NCBI GenBank assembly: GCA_977862235.1
Contig: OZ374561.1
Location: 2,294,001-2,358,000 of the forward strand
DNA from: Dudresnaya verticillata
Lineage: Eukaryota
DNA: 64,000 bases
Direction: 5' to 3'
Part shown: piece by piece, positions 50,231 to 62,180 of the stretch
How positions within the stretch are numbered: the stretch's first letter is position 1
Layout: each line of letters opens with the position of its first letter
Notes under the pieces: generated by a model
Told to the model about the DNA's origin: nothing
What the model saw: the letters and a program-made list of their open reading frames with translations, nothing else
The model's database searches: none
Translations under genes and position numbers: made by a program

Positions 50231-51382
50231 ATGGGCATTCCCGGACCAACAGCGAAGCGCAGTTCGCAACCAAAATTGGCGCGAACCCCATTCTGTGCTC
50301 TCCAGATAGCCCACCCACCTCCTCGTGGAGACGCGCATACAAACCGCCCACCGACGCCTTCTACCATGCTGACATCATCTTGCCAGCAACAGGCGCCTTC
50401 CGGCGCCATCGTAGTGGATGAGGACGCCGATCCCACTAACGCGCCCCCACCAACGCCGCAGAGCGACATCCTCGAGCTGGACACGCCGTCGCCGCCGGCA
50501 GGTCCGTCGCCTGCTACGCCGAACAGTGCGCCACCTGCGCCCTCGACCAACACCGCGACGCGGGCTGCTCTGAAGCCGCGTCGCATCTGGAGGGACGAGC
50601 ACAACATCCCCCTCATGCAGGAGATCATGGCCTGCGGTGCGCACGTGCCGGGGAAATGCGAGGTGCTCACACAGTTTTCGGAGGTGGCTGTCAAACTGAA
50701 TGCCAACACGCACCTCGCGTTGCCCTAGAAGACCGACAGCAAGCACTGTCGCAACCGCTTTAAGCTGCTGATGGACAAATGGAAGTCGCAGGACAGCACC
50801 CGGGCTGCTGCGTCAGGTGGCGGGGAGGAATTCGGGGAGTTCGAACGGTTGTGCAGCGATATCAGGGAGGAGATGGATGCGCATAAGTTGGAACAAGAAG
50901 AAGCCCTTAAGGAGAAGGAGAACAAGGCAGAGCTGCTGTTGGGCGCTGGTGTTGCCGTTCGGGAAATGGCGCTTAACCGACATGCGGCGCGGAACCCAAC
51001 ACCAGAGGCGAACGACGACAGCCCAGTGGAAACTCCGTCTAAGAAGCGTCGCGTCGGCGTAACAGAACGCGGCAGGGATGTAGGAGCTGCTATAAGGGAA
51101 CTTGAAAGTGGCGAGCGCGCTCGTAGTGAGGTGTTACTGGCAGCAGCGGCACGCGACGACCGACGTCTAGCCATTGAAGAGCGCCGTCTCGATCGCGAAA
51201 CGGCGAGTGCAGAGGCTAGTCAAGCTCTCAACCTCCGCCGCGTCGCTCTTGAGGAGAAGCGAGCAGCTGATGACGCCAAACGCAACCGAGACCACGCCGA
51301 AGAACGCCGAATGCAGCTGCGCATTCAGGCCAGCATGCTCGAATTCCTCTCCAAGTTCGCGGACAAGGGCAAGAAAGAGTAG
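50231..51382 (+). pseudogene. Harbinger Myb/SANT-like DNA-binding protein with in-frame stop at 50726
   Basis: RRIWRDEHNIPLMQEI...FSEVAVKLN...KHCRNRFKLLMDKWK...SGGGEEFGEFERL then coiled coil; convergent with transposase; start uncertain. Confidence 0.78.
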
Positions 51383-51520
51383 AAAAACGGAAGTAAAGTT
51401 TACTTTAGATCATTCGATCGCTCCTCGTCCGCCCGCGCGAGCGGGCGACAGAGCGTTTTTGGCGGGCGTTCTGCAATCTGACACCACTTGCGGTATCTCA
51501 AACACGTCCGAAACACTGTT

Positions 51521-51736
51521 TCAGAGCGTCGCAATGTACGATTCAAACGACGCTGCGGGGCACTTGAAGAATCGCGCGCTTTGCGAGCCGTACATACAGG
51601 CTCGAAAGTCCCAGAGGACAGCGGAAACGAGGTACCACTTCAACACGGCAACCCTCGGCAGCACCATCTTGCGCGTCGCGTCGACGTGCGTGAAATACTT
51701 CTTCAAGTCCTTGAATGCCCATTCCACCGACACCCG
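51521..51736 (-). pseudogene. Harbinger DDE transposase C-terminus, cut by a Gypsy LTR
   Basis: RVSVEWAFKDLKKYF...CMYGSQSARFFKCPAASFESYI. Confidence 0.8.
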
Positions 51737-52532
51737 TGTAGTATAGCTGTCAGCACACTATCAGCAGCGGCTGTAAGGTATGCTGGTAGCGCCGCACTGC
51801 AATGGTGCACACGATGACGCCCGCTGGCGAGTCGTGGTTGGGCAGCGTGCCCTTCGTTTTTTCGTTGAATTAGTAGCGGTCGACCGCATTGCTGCCGGCA
51901 GCGGCCGCGCGCCGTGCCGCACACGGCACGCCCCTGTAACGCTCTCCGGCATCGAGCCGATGAGAGGGCCGCTGCCCGTTACGCTCCGCCCGCGCCCACG
52001 GGTTACCGTTACCCGGACGTGTCGACACGTGTATGGGCGCGCGCTCGCACACCTGCCGCGTTGGTGTTGTGGGGTGCACCTACTGTAGAAGTAGTCGTAG
52101 TGCACATAGTGTAGGGTATTTAAGACCGTCGGCCATCGACGGCTCAGTAAACCGGGCAAGCAACAGCTCGCGCTGAAGCTTGCCCCCAGCCTTTTCGGGT
52201 TCGATCCCTTTGCCTTACGCCAGCGGGCGGTTTCCCTTTTCCCCCTTGCCTCGCTAGGCTTTCCCCTTTCCTTTTCCTTTCCGTCGGCTTCGTGCCGCCC
52301 TTCGACAGGGACGCTGGGATCCGGCCGCTGCCTACCCGCGTACGGTACGCCCCGTGCGCGCTCCGGCATCGACGCCGTCGATCCGCACCTGCGGGGCGCA
52401 CGCGGCCGACACCGCTCTACCAACCCCAACAGCTACCCATCGACGGGTCTGTGTGGCGGCTTCGGACCAGCAAGTATCAGACTCACGAAGGAACAGCAGA
52501 CGTACTGCGCGTATGAGAACTGCAACCATCGA

Positions 52533-53120
52533 ATGGAAACGCAGCCGCATTCGCGCAATATGCTCCAACAGCTCATCGACGAGCGCGCGCCAGCGGGTGC
52601 AAGGACAAGGAACCCCGCACGGCGCTACGACGCGCCGCGGGGTGGGGACCGACGCTTTGACGCGAGAGGTCCCCCGCAGCGCATGGGCGCACCAAGGTAC
52701 CGCGGAGAGCCACAGGGGTACCGCGGGGATCGTCGAGATCCACGCCGCGAGTACCGCCAAGGCGACGCACCGCGGTTCCTGCTGCGCGATAAGCGGGTCG
52801 GCTTCGACGAGCCCGCTGGCCGTCAACCTCAGGCATCGACGCCTCCGAGGGCCGACTCGCGCGGCGAACTGCTCCGAGCAGTTATGACGGTGCAGAAGCA
52901 CACAGGCCTCACCGCCGAGGAGTGGCTTCCGCAAGCGCTCGACGCGCGGCACAAGGGAGAGACAGCCAGCGGGCAGGGAAGCGATTCCCCTCTCCTTTTT
53001 GACACGCCTCCGCGATCGAAGCGAGGCGCCTCGGGGGTTACGAAACACCCAATCGTAATCGAGTACGAAAGTTCGGATTCCGAGGATAATTCTGACCGGG
53101 TCGATCCGGAAAAAGAATAA
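52533..53120 (+). CDS. gag: gag C-terminal remnant
   Basis: Arg/Gly-rich ORF ending at GGAAAAAGAATAA, with pol in the -1 frame; positional assignment. Confidence 0.5.
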   Translation: METQPHSRNMLQQLIDERAPAGARTRNPARRYDAPRGGDRRFDARGPPQRMGAPRYRGEPQGYRGDRRDPRREYRQGDAPRFLLRDKRVGFDEPAGRQPQASTPPRADSRGELLRAVMTVQKHTGLTAEEWLPQALDARHKGETASGQGSDSPLLFDTPPRSKRGASGVTKHPIVIEYESSDSEDNSDRVDPEKE

Positions 53121-53455
53121 AGGCGGCGCCGCTCGTGCGGTCGCGCGCACCGTCTTGTCCAACACCAGACCCACCTTCCCTTTCACCTTCGACGGCGTTG
53201 GGGGCAGCGAGCCCCCACGTCGAGCGCAGCGGCGCTTCGAAGGACTCGAGCGACGTCCCGGTCGACGGGACGTTGTGGAAGACGCGTACCAAACCACCCT
53301 GGCCGCCGCGGCGTCGACGCAAGCGACAGGCCAGGCAACAAGGGCGCAGCTCCCCAACGGCGGGACAGGCGGTACCCGACGCTCGACGCGAGGGTACCGG
53401 GGCTCCATGCATCAACGCGGAGCCGGCCACTACCCCCGATGGGTACGTGTGACTC

Positions 53456-56400
53456 GTGTACTCCGAGATTTACCGAGTGTCCGGGTACCTCGGTGCGGAC
53501 CCGCGGGTTATGATACCCCACACCCTCGCGGTGGACACCGGCTCCGGGTACAACCTCATCGCTCGAGGTGCCCTGCCCGCAGGCTGGGAGGAAAACGCGT
53601 CAGAGATCGATTCCGCGCCACGCCTGGCAGGCGCCGACAAGACTCCGCTGAGGCTGTCCGGCGTCGTCCACCTCTCGATGAGGTTGGGGAACACGACGTT
53701 CCGCATACCTTTCATCGTCGCCGACAAGCTCGCGGTTGACGTACTGATAGGCACGCAGTTTATCAACGCACACGTGCGCGGAATCGACGTCGAGTTGAGA
53801 AGGCTGACGCTGAGGAAAGGAGGCTCGGTACCCATCCTCAGCCGCAGGAACCCTAGCGAGGGAACCGGTCCGGCAACGCAGCCGAAGAAACCATCGAAGG
53901 GTTTGTCGAAGAAGCACCAGCGGGAGCTCCTCGACTGGGATCACGATATCCTCACCATACGCCTCGCTAGGCAGGTGGTTGTCCCAGCCTACTCGCAGAG
54001 GCTCGTCTCGGTGACGTCGGGGGCTAGTGGGTTAATCCACACGGAGCCCAAACCCTCGTTGCAGTTCCGCCATGGCGTGAGACTGACCAACGGGGTGCAC
54101 GACATCGAGTCGGGGCGACCCTTCGGGGTTATCTTGGGCAACTGGACTGACAAAGCCCGGACCCTACCGAAGGGTACCGTGGTTGGCTATGCGGTCCGCA
54201 ACCCAGTCGCCCTAATATCCCCGGACCGCGACGTCGCGGAAGAGTTCGGGAAGGTGATGAATATCACCACCCTTCCCCACAAAGGGCAGCGGCCCAGGGG
54301 TAAGGGGAGCAACGACCCCCCAGTCACGCCGTCGATGGCAAGGGGGCCCGAGCCCACAAAGCTCCAAGGGGCAGCAACCGCAGCGGCGGAGAAAAGAGAG
54401 TCCGTCGAGGACTGGGAGTTGCAGGTGGAACTTTCGTCTATCGAAGACAAGGTCACCCGCGAAGAAGTCTTCGCCATGCTTCGGAAGCATCAGTCCATGT
54501 GGGACGGGAGCCTAGGCACGATTGCCGCTACGCAACACCACATCGACGTGGAACCCGGCACGCGGCCGATTCTCTCAATGCCCTATCGACAGGGCCCCGC
54601 TATGCGGAAGCTCGTACAGAACGAGGTCGAGACCATGCTGCGTGCAGGGGTAATCGAACCCGCCACGTCGGAGTGGGCATCGCCAGTCGTTCTGGCGCCC
54701 AAGAAGGATGCCACGCTCAGGTTTTGTGTGGACTATCGACGTCTTAACACCAAAACCCTGAGCGATGCGTACCCACTCCCACGCATGGATGACTGTATCG
54801 ACAGTCTTGGTAACGCTGCCATTTTCTCAACGCTGGATTGTAACGCGGGTTACTGGCAAATCCCTGTCGCAGCGGCTCACAGGGATAAAACCACGTTAAT
54901 GACGTTCCTAGGGATGTACCGCTACCTGCGGATGCCCTTCGGACTGAAGAACGCCCCCGCGACTTTCCAGCGTGCACTGGACATCATACGCAGCGGAGTT
55001 AGATGGCAGTGTTGTTTGATCTATCGCGATGATGTGATCATATTCTCGCGGTCGATCGCGGAGCACGTCGGTCACCTAGACCGCGTGCTGACTCTGCTTC
55101 GCAAGGGCGGCGTGTCCCTGAAGCTGAAGAAGTGCCACTTCTTCCAGTCCCGCGTGGACTACCTCGGTCACGTGATCGAGCCGGGGAAACTACGCATGGA
55201 GAAGACAAGCATCGACGCGTTCCGCCATGCGCAGTTCCCGACCTCCCTAACGAAGGTGAGGTCGTTCCTCGGGGCGTGTAACGTTTACCGCCGCTTCGTC
55301 AGGAACTTCGCGAAGATCGCTCGTCCGCTGACGGATATGAGCCGCAAGGATGCGGATGTGGATTTCGATAATCCAAGCGCAGCGGCGCTAGAGGCATTCG
55401 AGACGCTGCGCGCGACACTCTTATCACCTCCTATCCTACGGCTCCCTCACGAGGGCAACCCGTACGTCCTCGACACGGACGCATCGGCGTACCAGCTCGG
55501 ATGCGCCCTGCTACAGGAGCAAGAGGACGGCCAGTTACACCCCGTTGGGTACTGGTCTTACTCACTAAGCTCAGCGGAGCGAAACTACTCGGCCACAGAG
55601 CGCGAGTGCTTTGCAGTGGTGTGGTCGATCACAACCCTGCGTCCCTACATCGAAGGGACCCGGTTCCCGGTACGAACCGACCATGACGCCTTGCGCTCAC
55701 TCATGTCTTTGACCGATTCGTCCGGTCGCCTCACCCGCTGGCGGTTACGACTCGCGGAATTCGACTTCCAGATCGAGTACCGCCCGGGTAGGGTACACCA
55801 GGTGCCGGAGGCGCTTTCCCGCCTGGTGAGGCCTCGACAGCAGCAAGAGGAGGTTGATGACGACGTCCCTACCTATGAACCCCCGGCGGTCGACCGCCAG
55901 AAGGAGGGTGCCTCGAGTACCGAACCCAAGGCACCGTTGGTCTTGCTAACCACGCGGTCCCAAGCCAACGCGTCGACGCGGAAGGCGCCGGATCGACCGG
56001 CTGCAGTGGGCGGCACTGGCAGCGAAGCCAAGGAGCCCTCGGAAAGCGACGAGCCACCGGGTCTTGCCGACGACGAAGCCTGGGACGACTGCGACAACGT
56101 CGACCTCTTCGACCTTTGCCGCATCGACGCGAGCCAAGAGCCGACGGACCTCACCCGGGTCGAACCGATGAAGCTCCCTTCACCAATAACCGTCGAGGAA
56201 TTGGTGGATGCGCAGCGGCGCGATTCTTTCTGCCAAACAGTGTTGGCACGGCAGTCCCGTCGACGGGATAGCCACTTCTTCGAGGACGAGGACGGGCTCT
56301 TGTGCCGGCGTCACCCCGTCATCTCCTCGTTGGAGCAAATAGTGGTGCCCGAAGCGCTACAGCCGCGGCTTCTCACGCTCGCGCACCACTCCCTTCTGGC

Positions 56401-57676
56401 TGGCCACCCTGGCCAGAACAGGATGTTCTACACGCTCCGCGAGAGCTACTACTGGCCTCACATGTCAGCGGACATAGCCATGACAGTTCGGAACTGTCGG
56501 CACTGTGCCAGGAACCGAATACGCTTGCGGAGGTCCCTTCATCGGTTGAAGTTGTTCCCGGCCACGAGGCCGCTCGAGTTGCTCGCGATCGATATCCTAG
56601 GGCCGCTGCCCAAGAAGAAGTCAGGAAAGCGATTCCTGCTCGTCATGACGGATCGATTCACGAAGCTGACTCAAGTAGCACCGCTGCGCACCGTCACAGC
56701 GTACCACGTCGCAGTGGCGTTCTGTGAGAGGTGGATCTTCGACTATGGACCACCGAGGTCTCTGTTGTCCGACAACGAGAAGCAATTCACCTCTAAGTTC
56801 TTTCAGGCAGTGTGCTGCTACCTCGGACTGAAAAACGTGTTCACGTCCGCTTACCACCCGCAGGTGAACGGACAGGTTGAGCGCTACAACCGGCCCGTCA
56901 TGGCCATGTTGCGGAGTTACATCAACGATCACCAGGACAACTGGGATCGATACGCAGCGGCGTTGACGTATTCCTACAACTGCCATGTCCATCGCACGAC
57001 GCGGACGACACCCTTCAGCCTCGTGCTGTCCCGGCCGCCGCCGGAGTTCACTAAGTTTCATAAGGCAGCGGCCAGACCGAAACCTAGTGAGGACGTGCGC
57101 GCGGACTTCCTCAAGCGGCTCGACGCCGCCTTCGCAAGCGCATCGAGCGCTCTCGACAAAACGCAGCGGCGTTACAAGAAAGATTTCGACAAGCGTGTCA
57201 GAAAAGTCAACTCCCGCATTCGAGCGGGAGACTACGTCTTCATTGACGCGAGCGACGGGGTTAAGAAACCCAAGAAGCTCCAGAGCCCAGCGATAGGGCC
57301 CTACCGCGTGCTGCTTAACGACAAGCGCACGCTGTTTATCGACAGAGGCGGCTTGGTCGAACGCATCGCAGCGGACCGCGCCGTCTACTGTCCCCCGCCG
57401 CTGCGGGAGGATACTGCGCAGCGCAGCGCTTACTTACCCACCTCTGAGGAACTCGCGTCCAAAGCCGTCGACGGCCCGCGGTTCGTGGTGGATAAGGTCC
57501 TTGACCACCGCACTGCCGACGATGGCACGCTCGTGTTCAAGGTGAAGTGGACCGGCTATCGCAAGCCGACGTGGGAGCCACGTTCCCATCTCCCCGAGGA
57601 GATGGTGAGCCACTACTTCGCATCGCAGCGGCGGCGAAACACCAACCGGCTCGAAGCCGTTCTCTCCTCCTCATAA
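53456..57676 (+). CDS. pol: Gypsy pol polyprotein PR-RT-RNaseH-INT-chromodomain, 1406 aa
   Basis: VDTGSG, YRDD (variant of YLDD), TDASAY, H-H-C-C, SDN, GQVERYN, GPY, FKVKWTGYRKPTWEP; in-frame TGA just upstream at 53450. Confidence 0.96.
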   Translation: MYSEIYRVSGYLGADPRVMIPHTLAVDTGSGYNLIARGALPAGWEENASEIDSAPRLAGADKTPLRLSGVVHLSMRLGNTTFRIPFIVADKLAVDVLIGTQFINAHVRGIDVELRRLTLRKGGSVPILSRRNPSEGTGPATQPKKPSKGLSKKHQRELLDWDHDILTIRLARQVVVPAYSQRLVSVTSGASGLIHTEPKPSLQFRHGVRLTNGVHDIESGRPFGVILGNWTDKARTLPKGTVVGYAVRNPVALISPDRDVAEEFGKVMNITTLPHKGQRPRGKGSNDPPVTPSMARGPEPTKLQGAATAAAEKRESVEDWELQVELSSIEDKVTREEVFAMLRKHQSMWDGSLGTIAATQHHIDVEPGTRPILSMPYRQGPAMRKLVQNEVETMLRAGVIEPATSEWASPVVLAPKKDATLRFCVDYRRLNTKTLSDAYPLPRMDDCIDSLGNAAIFSTLDCNAGYWQIPVAAAHRDKTTLMTFLGMYRYLRMPFGLKNAPATFQRALDIIRSGVRWQCCLIYRDDVIIFSRSIAEHVGHLDRVLTLLRKGGVSLKLKKCHFFQSRVDYLGHVIEPGKLRMEKTSIDAFRHAQFPTSLTKVRSFLGACNVYRRFVRNFAKIARPLTDMSRKDADVDFDNPSAAALEAFETLRATLLSPPILRLPHEGNPYVLDTDASAYQLGCALLQEQEDGQLHPVGYWSYSLSSAERNYSATERECFAVVWSITTLRPYIEGTRFPVRTDHDALRSLMSLTDSSGRLTRWRLRLAEFDFQIEYRPGRVHQVPEALSRLVRPRQQQEEVDDDVPTYEPPAVDRQKEGASSTEPKAPLVLLTTRSQANASTRKAPDRPAAVGGTGSEAKEPSESDEPPGLADDEAWDDCDNVDLFDLCRIDASQEPTDLTRVEPMKLPSPITVEELVDAQRRDSFCQTVLARQSRRRDSHFFEDEDGLLCRRHPVISSLEQIVVPEALQPRLLTLAHHSLLAGHPGQNRMFYTLRESYYWPHMSADIAMTVRNCRHCARNRIRLRRSLHRLKLFPATRPLELLAIDILGPLPKKKSGKRFLLVMTDRFTKLTQVAPLRTVTAYHVAVAFCERWIFDYGPPRSLLSDNEKQFTSKFFQAVCCYLGLKNVFTSAYHPQVNGQVERYNRPVMAMLRSYINDHQDNWDRYAAALTYSYNCHVHRTTRTTPFSLVLSRPPPEFTKFHKAAARPKPSEDVRADFLKRLDAAFASASSALDKTQRRYKKDFDKRVRKVNSRIRAGDYVFIDASDGVKKPKKLQSPAIGPYRVLLNDKRTLFIDRGGLVERIAADRAVYCPPPLREDTAQRSAYLPTSEELASKAVDGPRFVVDKVLDHRTADDGTLVFKVKWTGYRKPTWEPRSHLPEEMVSHYFASQRRRNTNRLEAVLSSS

Positions 57677-57862
57677 CCCCTCGGCGGGGGCGCCTCGCGC
57701 TTGAGGAGGGGGCCGCAGGCATTCGTTGCCTTTTTGCGCGGGCATTCGTTGCCTTTTTGCGAAGGCAATCGATGCCTCACCCTACCCTGCACTGGGCATC
57801 GAGCCGAGACAGGTCACCCTTGCGCCTGCAGCAGCGGCAGTAGCACAAGAGGGGGCAGCAGA

Positions 57863-58634
57863 TGTGGTGCAATCCACTCGGTAGAATTGAGGGTGCACCT
57901 CAGGCGGTTCGGGGGCCTGGCGGTAGCAGGTGAGGTAGTAGCGGTAGAGCAGGGGAGTAGCCCCGTAGTGCGCCTGTAAAACACTACAAGGCCGAGAAAG
58001 GGGGTTACCCTAGAAAGGAAGAGAAAAAAAGGAGAAATAAGAGAAAAACAGGATTCTGTACGATGAAAAAGGGTAGCGGATGTACTGGAGTCCAGCCTAG
58101 AGAGGGAGTCGATAGGGTAGGAGGGTACGTCTCGCTGGGCCCAAGCTTAGCCGTTTATTGTATGAGGGCGCACCTCAGGGCCTTATTATGCTATGTAGGA
58201 GGCGGGTGCCTTGGTGGCGGATTAAGGTAAGGGAAGGGGGTGCGCCACTTGGCATTACGTGGCGCGCGCAATCCTATAATTATCTACTAAATATCAACTG
58301 TCAGCCTAGTGGTAGTGTGGCTGACGGTGTGCGCCAAGGGGGCGCACGTGTGCACATGTACGCGTTGTTGCGTTGCGGGGCCATCCTTGCTGGCAGAGGG
58401 CGCCGCATACTGTCAGGCCGGGCGCCTTACAGAGGCAACTCCCCATTAGCATTGCTGGTGCGTGCGCGTGGTGCCAGAGCTCATTACAGAAATTGGCTCT
58501 GAGCTCAATCACCCGCACAGCGGTTGATCCGCACGAAACGGTCGCTGTGCGTCCGTCGTCCGCGGTCGCGTGAGCCGCGGGTGACGGTATTATAAAGAAT
58601 TCTTCAGCAGGGCGCCAAGGCGATTTGCGCCACA
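57863..58634 (-). repeat. 3' LTR of Gypsy E
   Basis: TGTGGTGCAA...TTGCGCCACA followed by TCTCCCCCCCGTT (PPT on minus strand); similar to element C LTR. Confidence 0.92.
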
Positions 58635-58789
58635 TCTCCCCCCCGTTAAGCGGCGAGTACCCGCACGAGCCCACACGGTTTCGGTCAAGCTCACGCACTT
58701 TGCGACCTGGTGTCGGACTTTTGGTGGCATATTGCCTTTCGTAACTGCGGAATTCCCGCGTGTTGGTCTTGCGTTGGGCGTTTAACACG

Positions 58790-60472
58790 ATGCCGCCGAA
58801 CTTCTCGCCAGCGGAGTTAGACCGCGTGCTGCTCCATGCACCGTAGAGTTCTGCATTATACCCTACCCCTGCCGACTTCGAGGGCAAAACGCCGTGACAC
58901 GACATCATCGAGTTTGCCAACGCGCCGTGGATGTTCCACACGAACCTAGGCAAGCACGACTTGATCGAGCAGTACGTTTCTGCGGATGGGTTCCTGCCTG
59001 GGGACCTTCCCCTTCGCGTCTTGCGGACACCTGACTGGCGCCGGCACGGAGCGATTCGTCCGGAATGGATCCGGCGCCATGGCGGTGAGGACGTACGGAA
59101 AGCGCGACTGCGGTATGTCCGCTTGGTGTTACAGCACTTGACGCGTACGCCGGGTCGTGAGGTCATCCCCCATGGGTATTGGTTAGACCTTGGCGTATAC
59201 CGCACAAATGGGGAAATCCCCTATGCTGACGCCCTCGAGTATCTCCCTATCCCGCATGAGTGGGATGGTGTGGAGCCTCGTGTCCGTCAGTCAGCCCTCT
59301 TGATGGGCGTGCAGTTGCGTGCGGAATTCCGCTTTGTGCGGAAGCGCGATAATAACGCATACTGGGATAAGGTGCGTTGGGAGCGGCGCGCCCGTTCCCG
59401 TTTGGGCTTCCTAGTGCCGTACCCAAATGTCGAAATCGACGCAATACGTCGCAACTACCAGGAGAGGTGCTACGTGCGCCTGCCGGTCCCACAATGGGGC
59501 TTGGTAGAGAGTTGTGAGGGATTCCTCGTTGAGTTGGCGCCGGCGGTGAGCTACACCATGTCCTCTGTTGGGGGCTACCCGCAATCGGGACTATGGGTCG
59601 TCTATTACACGGAATTCGTGGCGAAGACGGCGGTTCAGTGGCTATGGGAACTCTACGACACGTACCGTATGTAGTACGTGTCGCCCACAGTCGTGGAGTT
59701 CTTCGCCTCGTTGGACTTGAAGATGGTCCTCGGTGGGATAAACAATGAAGCGGAATTCCGCGTTTTGCTGGGGTTCTACGCCCAGGTGGACTGGGATCGT
59801 GACGAGCAGCGCGTGCCGTTGCGCAATAATAAGAGGAGCTCCTCATCGACCAACTTCTCTCCTGGTCGCCGCCATCCGTCATGCGGCGACTGGGCCTGGT
59901 TCGACCCGTGGTCGAGGACCTTCGTTTCTGCGGACCGCGCCGCTTGGTTGCGCGACAATCCGCGTTCGATGCCCCCCGGGCAGCCGCGGGGTTATCTATT
60001 AGATCCCGAGGCTGGCGGCGGCAACGTGTCGGACCGAGATGGGGAATCCTCCGACGTAGGCAGCAATGGGGAAATCCCCGAAGATGATGCAATGACGATC
60101 GATGCGTCTGTGGGGGAAGACTGTCCGGCCGTGCCATCTCCTACTACCGCTGATGCCCCGGTCGCGGCGACGGAAGTGGCGACTGACGCGGGTGGGTGCA
60201 GCAGCGGCGGCGCTGTCATAGCGAGCGTGCCGATCGTTCGGCCGCCCGCTATTCGGACGCCGTCACCTGTCCCGGAAAGCCAATCTCGTGCACGGCGCGT
60301 GCGACTGAGTTTCAGTCAGCGCATTGCCGTAATCGGCTTTTTGCGTAGGATGGGAATTCCCGAGAGTGCCATCCGCGGCAGCGACGAGGAGCTCCTCGAG
60401 GTCGCTGTCGATAAGGGATTTAGTTTGGATGACGAGGATGAGGCAGGCCCAAGCGGGCCTGCCGATATCTAG
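58790..60472 (+). pseudogene. Antisense orphan ORF of Gypsy E (single frame, three in-frame stops)
   Basis: ATG 58790 in frame with 58931-59674 and 59678-60472; LYPTPADFEGKT aligns with VYPSPFDFVGRT of element A. Confidence 0.85.
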
Positions 60473-62180
60473 TCGAGTGGCGACATATGGCGTGGGGCAA
60501 CCGACCCTGTGGGACTAGCCCATGCGTTGTAGTAGGGAGAGCGTCGCCATAATCAGGACTTATTAAAAGTTTGCCTGTTTGTTTTCTTGCTTACCATAAT
60601 GCGGCGAGTCGCTCTTAGGGGAGGTTCCCTGAGTGGTGGTAAAGCGCGGTGATTCGCATACGTAGATGTCGGCGAGCGCGGGGGTCGCAATATGCCATCA
60701 TTGAGGCATACGCCGCGTAGTGTGGAAGTCCACAAATCGTAAGCGGCTTGCACGTGAGTGTGCTTGACCACTTGGCGTGCGGTTGCTCAAGGCCTTTGGC
60801 GGCTTAGAGCGGTAGGTACGGATTTCCGTTCTGGGCATGGCTCGCAATTCCCACTTAGTCGTGAACGACTTGGGGGAGGAGGTGCGGCGTGATTGCGGTC
60901 GTCCGCTAGGGTGGCCCTCCGCGTGGATACGCGGCAGATGATTGGTGCGGAATACGCCGGCACCATGATTGTCCAATGGATGTCCATAGAGTGGCGCATT
61001 GCACGTGACCTGCATGCTCACTGCCACGGGTACAGTAGACCAAAAGTGTACTGTGGTCCAGCCACATTAATTGGTGATACAGAAGTCTGCTATCGCGTGC
61101 GTTTGCCTATGTCGCATTCTGACCCGGTTAACCGGACGCATGTGCGTAAGCGTCTACCCGAGTAGCTGGGTGATAGGGCGATCCAGCTCGTTTAGCTAAG
61201 TGGAATGCCACGCGAGATCATGGCATGCCCACTGTAGGGGTGCCGACTGGCCTGTGCCCGAGCTCTTGGTCGTGTGAGATACCACTTTTGTCAAACACTT
61301 GCAGTTGTAGGTGCCGCGTGAGCACGCGCAGGCAGAGGCACTCCCCTAGCGTTGGGGAGTGGTACCCCAGTCCGTCGGTGGCTCTTGTTTAGTGTTTACG
61401 GAATTCCGTTCAGTAGAGTTGCCTTTGCAGCGTGAGTTGTAGGCGACGGGGAGGTGGCGGCCTTTGTAGGGGTGTTCCCCAATCGTTGGGCATAAGAGGG
61501 GTTCCGTGGGACACCACATTAGAGTGAGGTTTAGGTGTAGGTATCCCCCTTTTCATGGGGGAGCGGATGCCAAAGGCCATCGACTGCTCAGCCCCGTGAT
61601 TACGGAATTCCGTTGTAAGGATGGCAGCTTTGGTAGGCTCCGCCGCAGACGGCTTGGAGACGGCCATAGCGTACGACTGCGCTCTGCTACAGTCCACGCG
61701 GAGGAGTTCCCCTTTGGATTCGCTACAAAGGCGGTATGGAGCGCCTCATGTCATGGGGGTCGTGAGCGTCGCGTTGTCGTTGACGCGAACGCCCTGCGAT
61801 GCGGAATTCCGCTTTTTGTGTACAGCCTACGCCACGGCGTTCCCCTTCGGGTGGGGGAACGGTATCTCAAAGCCGTTGGTGGCTAGGAACAATCGCTACG
61901 GAATCCCGTTTTGTGTATGCTCGAGTCATTAACTTAGTCGTATTCGACTTTGGGAGCGACGATGGCGACCAGTTGCGGTAGACCGCTAGGATGAGTGGGT
62001 GCGCATAACGAGCATCTGATTGGTGCGGCGATAATTAAAATAGCGTCTGGCCAATCAGGTGCTATACCGTGGCGTACAGTACCTCCGTCGTGCGCGCAGC
62101 AACCACTGTGGCATCGACTCCTGGGCCCGACTCTTCAATGTGGTGTCTCCACTTCATTTGGACCTGGTAGCGTTTGGGGG

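Larger units (their letters stand above)
51737..57712 (+). mobile_element. Gypsy chromovirus D (5' LTR-like start, gag remnant, open pol; 3' LTR not seen)
   Basis: TGTAGT start at the Harbinger breakpoint; purine tract GAGGAGGGGG after pol. Confidence 0.85.

Noticed and set aside
10545..51736. The two Harbinger fragments as halves of one gene
   Set aside because: On the minus strand the N-terminal piece would need the higher coordinate; the order is reversed
47258..58502. Numerous overlapping 60-360 aa ORFs in alternative frames
   Set aside because: Shadow ORFs of GC-rich TE sequence with no recognisable motifs
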